A DNA stretch of 64,000 bases from Ignavibacteriota bacterium (lineage in GTDB: Bacteria; Bacteroidota; Ignavibacteria; UBA10030; SZUA-254): NCBI GenBank assembly GCA_963727845.1, contig CAVSHI010000003.1, positions 787,764 through 851,763 on the forward strand, in the 5' to 3' direction. Positions 58,614 to 64,000 of this stretch are shown here, piece by piece. The notes under the pieces are model-generated. The model had not been told where the DNA came from and did not search any database. It saw only the letters and a program-made list of their open reading frames with translations. A program made the translations under genes and the position numbers. Position 1 is the first letter of the stretch. Every line of letters begins with the position of its first letter.

Positions 58614-59150
58614 CTACGAAACCAGCGGGGGCAAATTCGCCATGCTCTCACGCAGCTCATTATACTCCTCTTTCGTGAGCATTTGTTTTGCCGTGGGGAA
58701 AACCACTTCATTTTCTTTTGTAATGTGACCGGTCAAATGATCGACGACAGCTTTTGCAGACTGGACCAGCTCGACGATTGAAGTCCCATGCAATCGCCCT
58801 TCTTCAATATCTTCGACTGTTCCGATCAGTTGTTTGAACGCAATCCATAACTCCCGGTGTTCATTCCGCATCACCTGCGGCGCCCCGGTGACATGGCGGT
58901 CCATCATCGAAAAGAGATATTTTTCTTCCCTCTCATCGTGTTGCCGCATGACGGTATCGATGAATCTGATGGCTTCGGCAATTTGCGTATATGCCTCATG
59001 CGAAAATCCGTTGGTTTGGATATACTCCGCCGCATTTTCCATCCGTGCCAGATGGTGGAGGCACTCCTCATGTTCCTTTACCAGGATTTCGATCGGGTCG
59101 AGCGCGCGTCCGGTGGAATGCTTAATTGTATGTTGTTCGTTGTGTTTCAA
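58614..59150 (-). CDS. hemerythrin HHE cation-binding domain protein
   Basis: Two H-x3-E / H-x3-H helix pairs (KEHEECLHHL ... RNEHRELW...HITKENE). Confidence 0.75.
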   Translation of the reverse strand: MKHNEQHTIKHSTGRALDPIEILVKEHEECLHHLARMENAAEYIQTNGFSHEAYTQIAEAIRFIDTVMRQHDEREEKYLFSMMDRHVTGAPQVMRNEHRELWIAFKQLIGTVEDIEEGRLHGTSIVELVQSAKAVVDHLTGHITKENEVVFPTAKQMLTKEEYNELRESMANLPPLVS

Positions 59151-59175
59151 CCTCGTTGGACCTAGTTCTCATGCA

Positions 59176-59685
59176 TCATGAGTTGTGAATGTGTAAATCC
59201 CATTCCACATCATCCTGAGTGATAAGCTCGTCGACGAATGCTTTGGGCTTGACCGTAAGAACCGGAACGGGCGAAAGGCGAACAATCTTTTCGGCGATGC
59301 TGCCCATCAGCATGTGCGCGACCCCGGTGCGCCCGTGGGTTGCAATGATGACAAGGTCAATCTTCGCCTCCCGCGTGTAACGCAGAACCTCGCGGTGCGG
59401 GTGGCCGTGCCGGATTATCAGGCGAAGAGATTTATGGTCGACACCCTGCTCCGTCAGGAACTTTTGCATTTTTTTCCTGCGCGTCGCTTCGCGAATTCGA
59501 TACGATGCTGCTGCCCGCTTCACAGAGGCCTTCTTCGATCGCTTTGAAACCTCTTCGATGACGTGAATAAGATGGACTTTCGCTCCCGTCAGCAATGCGA
59601 GAGTCAATGCGTGTCCAAAAGCAACGGCAGAAAGCTCAGACAAATCTGTCGTTACAAGGATGTTTTTTATACTGTACGGGGTCAT
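59176..59685 (-). CDS. usp: universal stress protein
   Basis: ILVTTDLSELSAVAFGHAL ... IDLVIIATHGRTGVAHMLMGSIAEKIVR is the UspA ATP-binding motif. Confidence 0.8.
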   Translation of the reverse strand: MTPYSIKNILVTTDLSELSAVAFGHALTLALLTGAKVHLIHVIEEVSKRSKKASVKRAAASYRIREATRRKKMQKFLTEQGVDHKSLRLIIRHGHPHREVLRYTREAKIDLVIIATHGRTGVAHMLMGSIAEKIVRLSPVPVLTVKPKAFVDELITQDDVEWDLHIHNS

Positions 59686-59933
59686 TTTCAGCAACTTTCT
59701 GTTCTATATTAATAGCAACTGATATGCCACCATGCTTCCTCCTCGATACGCGCATCAAAGCCAACGGGAATTCAAGAATTGCTGAAAATCATTCATTCAG
59801 AAGAGCTTAGAGCCTCTTGCCGGAGTGTCATTTCTCAATGGTGAAAAACAGCCATTTTACTCCTCGCAGGTTTGAGAAATGAAAAAATCAGGCGGGGATT
59901 TTCCGGACAATAATTCCGTCCGGAGAAAACAGA

Positions 59934-60437
59934 CTAATTGCTCATTTTTTCTGTCAGCTTCTTTCTCGTGAACGGAATCAGCCCTCCTGCGTCGACGATG
60001 GCTTGTCGCGCCAACGGTAATTGGACGACCGGATAGGTCTTCCCCGTTGTAACGTTTGTCAGTTTGTCCCGCTCGACCTTCAACTCATCTCCTTCGGAGG
60101 CCTCGACGCCGCGGGCTTCCACCAGTTTCAGCCCGAGATTGACGGAATTTTGGAGAAAGATCCTGCCAAAACCTTCCGCGACCACAACGAGATCGTATCC
60201 CTTTAGTGCCGATACTGCCTGCTCGCGCGATGACCCGCAGCCGAAATTCTTCCCTGCAACAATGACGCTGCCCGCAAGAATTTGTTTAGCTTTCAACTTC
60301 GCGTTAAACTCAACAAGGTCTGTAAACGCGTACTGCGGTGTTTCGGTCGGCAGGACGGTCGCCATGTACCGTCCGGGATATATTACGTCGGTCGAAACAT
60401 CGTCACCCAATTTCAATACTACGATTGCCATTTTCAA
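59934..60437 (-). CDS. leuD: 3-isopropylmalate dehydratase small subunit (archaeal-type LeuD / aconitase-X swivel domain)
   Basis: 167 aa; GDDVSTDVIYPG...VAGKNFGCGSSREQA is the LeuD type 2 signature. It overlaps leuC by 4 nt. Confidence 0.8.
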   Translation of the reverse strand: MKMAIVVLKLGDDVSTDVIYPGRYMATVLPTETPQYAFTDLVEFNAKLKAKQILAGSVIVAGKNFGCGSSREQAVSALKGYDLVVVAEGFGRIFLQNSVNLGLKLVEARGVEASEGDELKVERDKLTNVTTGKTYPVVQLPLARQAIVDAGGLIPFTRKKLTEKMSN

Positions 60438-61723
60438 TCTCCTTTCCGTGGGTCAGTTATTACTCCCGTCAGCGCCGAGGCCGCGGCGACTGCCGGAGAA
60501 CACAGATAAACCTCAGAGTTGGGATTTCCCATCCGTCCTTTGAAGTTCCGGTTGGTCGTTGAGAGAGCAACTTCACCATCCCCCAGCGCACCTTCGTGGA
60601 CACCGAGACACGGACCGCAACCAGGATTCATCACAACGGCGCCTGCCGACATGAAATCCAGGATGTATCCCAGATCAAGCGCCTGCCGGTAAATCTTCCC
60701 CGAGGCGGGAAAGATCAGCATGCGCGCGCTCTTTGCAATCCGTCTCCCCTTGATGATGCGTGCAGCAACGGCCAGATCATCCAGGCGGCCATTCGTGCAC
60801 GACCCGATGACGACCTGGTGAATTCTCTTGCCGGCAACCTCGTCGATCGACTTTACATTATCGACAGTGTGCGGGCATGCAATTTGGGGCGTGAGCTTTG
60901 ATACATCGATGGTGATCGTTTGGTCATAGGGTGCGTCGGGGTCGGGTTGAATCAACTCCAGCTTTTCCTTCACTCCCGCCTCTTCTCTTAGATAGCGTTC
61001 AGTTTCAGCGTCTGCCGGGACGATACCGGACGTCGCACCGGCTTCAACAGCCATGTTGCAGATGACGAGGCGACCCGATGTCGGCATGCTGCGAATGGTC
61101 TCGCCCTGAAACTCAATCACCTTGAAGTTCGCACCTTCGGCGGTCAATTTGCCGATGAGATGGAGGATGAGATCTTTGGGGCCGACAAAATCCGGAAATT
61201 TCCCGACGACGTTCACACGAATTGTGGCGGGAACCTCAACGTTCAGAACCGTTCCCAGCGCCCAGACGCTTGCCATCTCCGTCGCGCCAATACCGAAGGC
61301 GAAAGCGCCGAGCGCCCCATGGCTCGTGGTATGCGAATCCGTTCCTACAACCACAGAGCCGGGCCGCACATATCCATTTTCCGGAAGAATCTGATGGCAG
61401 ATGCCGCCGACGTCACCGCGGATGTCATGAAATTTCACGATGTCGTTGGCAGCGACAAACTCCCGGATCTTTTTCTGATTCGACGCGGTTTTGGGAGACT
61501 CCGCCGGAACGCGATGGTCAAAAATGATCGCAATTCTCGACGGATCCCAGACTTTCTGCCGGAGTCCAGTTTCCTTGTAGATCTCCATGAATTGATTCAT
61601 GACCAGAGCGCCATTTTCGTGCGACATGGCAAGGTCGACTTTCGGCTCCAGCACATCGCCCACTTTGACCGATCTCTGTCCGGTCGCCCTCGCCAGGATT
61701 TTTTCAACGACTGTCATTCCCAT
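60434..61723 (-). CDS. leuC: 3-isopropylmalate dehydratase large subunit (type 2)
   Basis: MGMTVVEKILARA...VDLAMSHENGA...IFDHRVP, with the aconitase-family Cys ligands (GSCTNGR, CGPCLG). Confidence 0.85.
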   Translation of the reverse strand: MGMTVVEKILARATGQRSVKVGDVLEPKVDLAMSHENGALVMNQFMEIYKETGLRQKVWDPSRIAIIFDHRVPAESPKTASNQKKIREFVAANDIVKFHDIRGDVGGICHQILPENGYVRPGSVVVGTDSHTTSHGALGAFAFGIGATEMASVWALGTVLNVEVPATIRVNVVGKFPDFVGPKDLILHLIGKLTAEGANFKVIEFQGETIRSMPTSGRLVICNMAVEAGATSGIVPADAETERYLREEAGVKEKLELIQPDPDAPYDQTITIDVSKLTPQIACPHTVDNVKSIDEVAGKRIHQVVIGSCTNGRLDDLAVAARIIKGRRIAKSARMLIFPASGKIYRQALDLGYILDFMSAGAVVMNPGCGPCLGVHEGALGDGEVALSTTNRNFKGRMGNPNSEVYLCSPAVAAASALTGVITDPRKGD

Positions 61724-61796
61724 AGTTTCTTCCCTTAAGATAGTTGCAATAACTCCTTGGGTCATTATGCCACTCGTTACCCTCTCCTCTTCAATT

Positions 61797-61822
61797 CCCC
61801 TCTCCCGCAAGCGGGAGAGGGG
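61797..61822. promoter_or_regulatory. perfect 11-12-bp GC-rich hairpin with GCAA tetraloop about 75 nt upstream of leuC
   Basis: cccctctcccg-caag-cgggagagggg; same CCCCTC/GAGGGG style as other intergenic hairpins in the window. Confidence 0.4.
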
Positions 61823-61879
61823 ACAGGGGTGAGGGTTAACAGCCGCAAGACTTGACCAATCTATTTCGGAGAAGGTACA

Positions 61880-63074
61880 TTAGATGATTTTCTTCTCTCT
61901 GAATTTCTTAATCTCTTCCTTCGTGTACCCTGCTTTCTCGAGCACTTCGTCCGTGTGCGCTGACAGACGCGGCGGGGGGGCATCGAGCGCACCGGGAGTT
62001 TTATCGAACCGTGCAGTGAGATTGAACAATTTCACATTCTCCGATCCCATCGACGTTGACCGATTGAATCGTCCTGCGATGTTGAATCTGCGGGGCGGTA
62101 AGGGCTTCTTCCAGCTCCAGAATTGCACCCGAGGGAACATCTTTCGCGTTAAGCGCTTCCACCCAGTAACTCGTCGTGTTGCGCATCAGTTGTATTTCCA
62201 GAAGTGGTGTGAGGAGCCGGCGATTTTTCTTCCGCGTGTCCCGTTCCTGAAATCTCGGATCCGATTTGAGTTCGGGGACGCCAAGAACGTCGGCCACTGC
62301 TTCCCACTGTTCCTGTTTGTTGGCCGCTATGTTGATGTGGCCGTCTTTTGTCTTAAATGTTCCCGACGGCGCCGCCGTGAAGTTGTCATTTCCCATCAGG
62401 ACGGGTTGTTGGCCGCCGATGAGGAGATTCGCCGCCACCCAACCCATCAGCGGCATGATGGAATCGAGCAGGGCGACATCGATGAATTGTCCTTCGCCGG
62501 TTTTCTCTCGATGATAGAGCGCCGCCATAATAGCGAAAGCCGCGTTGAGTCCGCCGACAGTATCGCACACGGGGAAGCCGGCGCGGAGCGGACTTAATTG
62601 CTCGTCACCGTTGATTGCCATCTCGCCGCTCAAACCCTGAATGATCTGATCGTACGCAGGTTTCATGGCATCGGGTCCCGTCTGGCCGAATCCGGAAATC
62701 GCGCAATAAATAAGTCGTGGATTGATCTCAGATAACACTTTATACGATAATCCGAGACGGGACATGACGTCGGGGCGGAAATTCTCCACGATGACATCGG
62801 CAGTTTTCGCCAGTCTCTTGAAAATCTCTTTCCCTTCGGAGGCTTTCAGATTCAGAGTTGCCGATTTCTTGTTGGCATTTTGCGCAAGAAAGCTCGTTCC
62901 CAACAGCATTTGATTGTACTTCGGCACACAACCGAGCTTGCGCGCAAGATCGCCATCCGTCGGATTTTCGATTTTGATGACGTCTGCGCCGAGCAGGGCA
63001 AGATGCAATGTTGCAAATGGACCCGAAAGCACGTTGGTCAAATCAAGGACACGGACACCCTGGAGTATTTTCAT
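61880..63074 (-). CDS. CoA-transferase family III (CaiB/BaiF) protein, interrupted by a single-nucleotide frameshift near 62055
   Basis: ORF 62001-63074 holds the family-III core (MKILQGVRVLDLTNVLSGPFAT...; catalytic Asp in PVCDTVGG). The canonical C-terminus (NVKLFNLTARFDKTPGALDAPPPRLSAHTDEVLEKAGY) is ORF 61880-62140 in the +1 frame. Confidence 0.75.
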
Positions 63075-63117
63075 GTATGACCTCTATCGCAGAAATGAAT
63101 TCATCGCCGGTTCTCTT

Positions 63118-64000
63118 TCACGATGCGATCGGTCCGGTCTTATACACAACTCCAGACATGTCCCGGGCAAAGAATGTTGTCACATCGTTTGCGAGACCGA
63201 TGAGTTTTTGCAGATCGATATCGGGTCGAAGGTGCATGCGGTGGATCATGTGGACAAAATCTTCCGTGCACACATTACCACCGGCAATTTTTGTGAACGG
63301 GCAACCTCCGAGACCGGCAACGGAGGACTCGAAGTTCTGTACCCCTGCATTCATTGCGGCGTAACAGTTCGCAAGGCCGAGACCATACGTATTGTGAAAA
63401 TGGCATGCGCATTCAGCCGAACCGTCGAGTTTGAATATCGCTCCGTACAATTTCTCAACCTGGTCGGGCGTCGCGTGGCCTGCGGTATCCGCAAGACTGA
63501 TGTTCTTCAATCCGGCATCAAGGTATTTCCGCACGACGCCAAGCACGCGCTCCGGCGGCACATGCCCTTCGTATCCGCAACCAAAAGCAGATTGCACGGA
63601 AACCTGCACCTTCCTGCCTGCGGTGACTGCTCTGCTTGCCATAGCGATGATTCGTTCGGTCGCGTCGGTGATGCTCATGCCGGTATTCTTCTTGCTGTGT
63701 GTTTCGCTCGCCGAAACACCCATACAAAACATTTCCACTCCGCAATCAAACCCGCGGTCAAGACCTTTCTCGTTCAGAACCAGCCCCGAGAGCGTGACAT
63801 TTTTCTTCTTTTCCGGGTGTTCTTTGAAATAGGAAAACATCTTATCGGTGTCGGCCATCTGGGGGACCTTCTCGGGATGCACAAACGACCCCACCTGGAC
63901 GATGTCGACTCCGGCCTCGATAAGACCTTCAATCCACCCGAGCTTGCGATCGGTGGGGACAATTGCTTTCTCCATCTGGAGTCCATCCCGCATCCCAACT
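63118..64000 (-). CDS. hydroxymethylglutaryl-CoA lyase; 5' end lies outside the window
   Basis: VGMRDGLQ... at the window edge, with DTAGHATP, HFHNTYGLGLAN and GLGGCP metal/catalytic blocks. The frame stays open to position 64000. Confidence 0.85.
   Translation of the reverse strand, partial: VGMRDGLQMEKAIVPTDRKLGWIEGLIEAGVDIVQVGSFVHPEKVPQMADTDKMFSYFKEHPEKKKNVTLSGLVLNEKGLDRGFDCGVEMFCMGVSASETHSKKNTGMSITDATERIIAMASRAVTAGRKVQVSVQSAFGCGYEGHVPPERVLGVVRKYLDAGLKNISLADTAGHATPDQVEKLYGAIFKLDGSAECACHFHNTYGLGLANCYAAMNAGVQNFESSVAGLGGCPFTKIAGGNVCTEDFVHMIHRMHLRPDIDLQKLIGLANDVTTFFARDMSGVVYKTGPIAS

Overview
This is a 64 kb bacterial chromosomal segment with about 55% GC. Coding density is high on both strands, start/stop overlaps suggest frequent translational coupling, and I see no rRNA, tRNA or CRISPR array. 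The lineage cannot be assigned from sequence alone; it looks like a Gram-negative anaerobe or facultative anaerobe (AsmA, lipoproteins, RND pump, Etf, NfnAB, Ptb-Buk).

Core content, in order:
- 3' part of an RND efflux pump, apaG, fbp, etfBA, a DUF151/UVR nuclease, truA, pdxJ and a YbbR-like protein.
- Two adjacent BMC-H shell-protein genes, a lipoprotein, an AsmA-family protein, ksgA, mgtA, a PAP2-like protein and an ArsB/NhaD-family permease.
- A histidine-utilisation cluster of the formiminotransferase type (cyclodeaminase, ftcD, DUF429, hutI ... hutU), split by an inserted block holding a GNAT, a secreted HExxH protease and an IS200-like (RAYT-type) Y1 transposase with its REP hairpin arrays.
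- GIY-YIG, an M14 peptidase, RidA, tandem cold-shock genes, serS, rfbD, dapD/dapA/dapB, a PfkB kinase, hisA, an ENPP/alkaline-phosphatase-family protein, lon, a second M14 peptidase and Yip1.
- A lower-GC patch (about 51.0-53.7 kb), the operon nfnA-nfnB-buk-ptb, hemerythrin, usp, leuDC, a family-III CoA-transferase and a partial HMG-CoA lyase.

Most notable observations:
1. A BMC-H pair with no BMC-P or core enzymes in the window; one copy carries an AT-hook-like linker and a Rho_N/SAP-like C-terminal domain.
2. A DUF559 (Vsr-like) endonuclease gene nested symmetrically inside a composite palindromic repeat cassette.
3. A RAYT-like transposase flanked by REP hairpin arrays, with a further REP copy 20 kb away.
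4. Three independent single-nucleotide (+1) frameshifts, in csp, rfbD and the CoA-transferase.
5. Several unexplained noncoding elements: a purine-only spacer, a 15-bp inverted-repeat MITE-like element, a G10 tract, a 700-bp noncoding region upstream of csp, and a CAGAAT/ATTCTG hexamer array.
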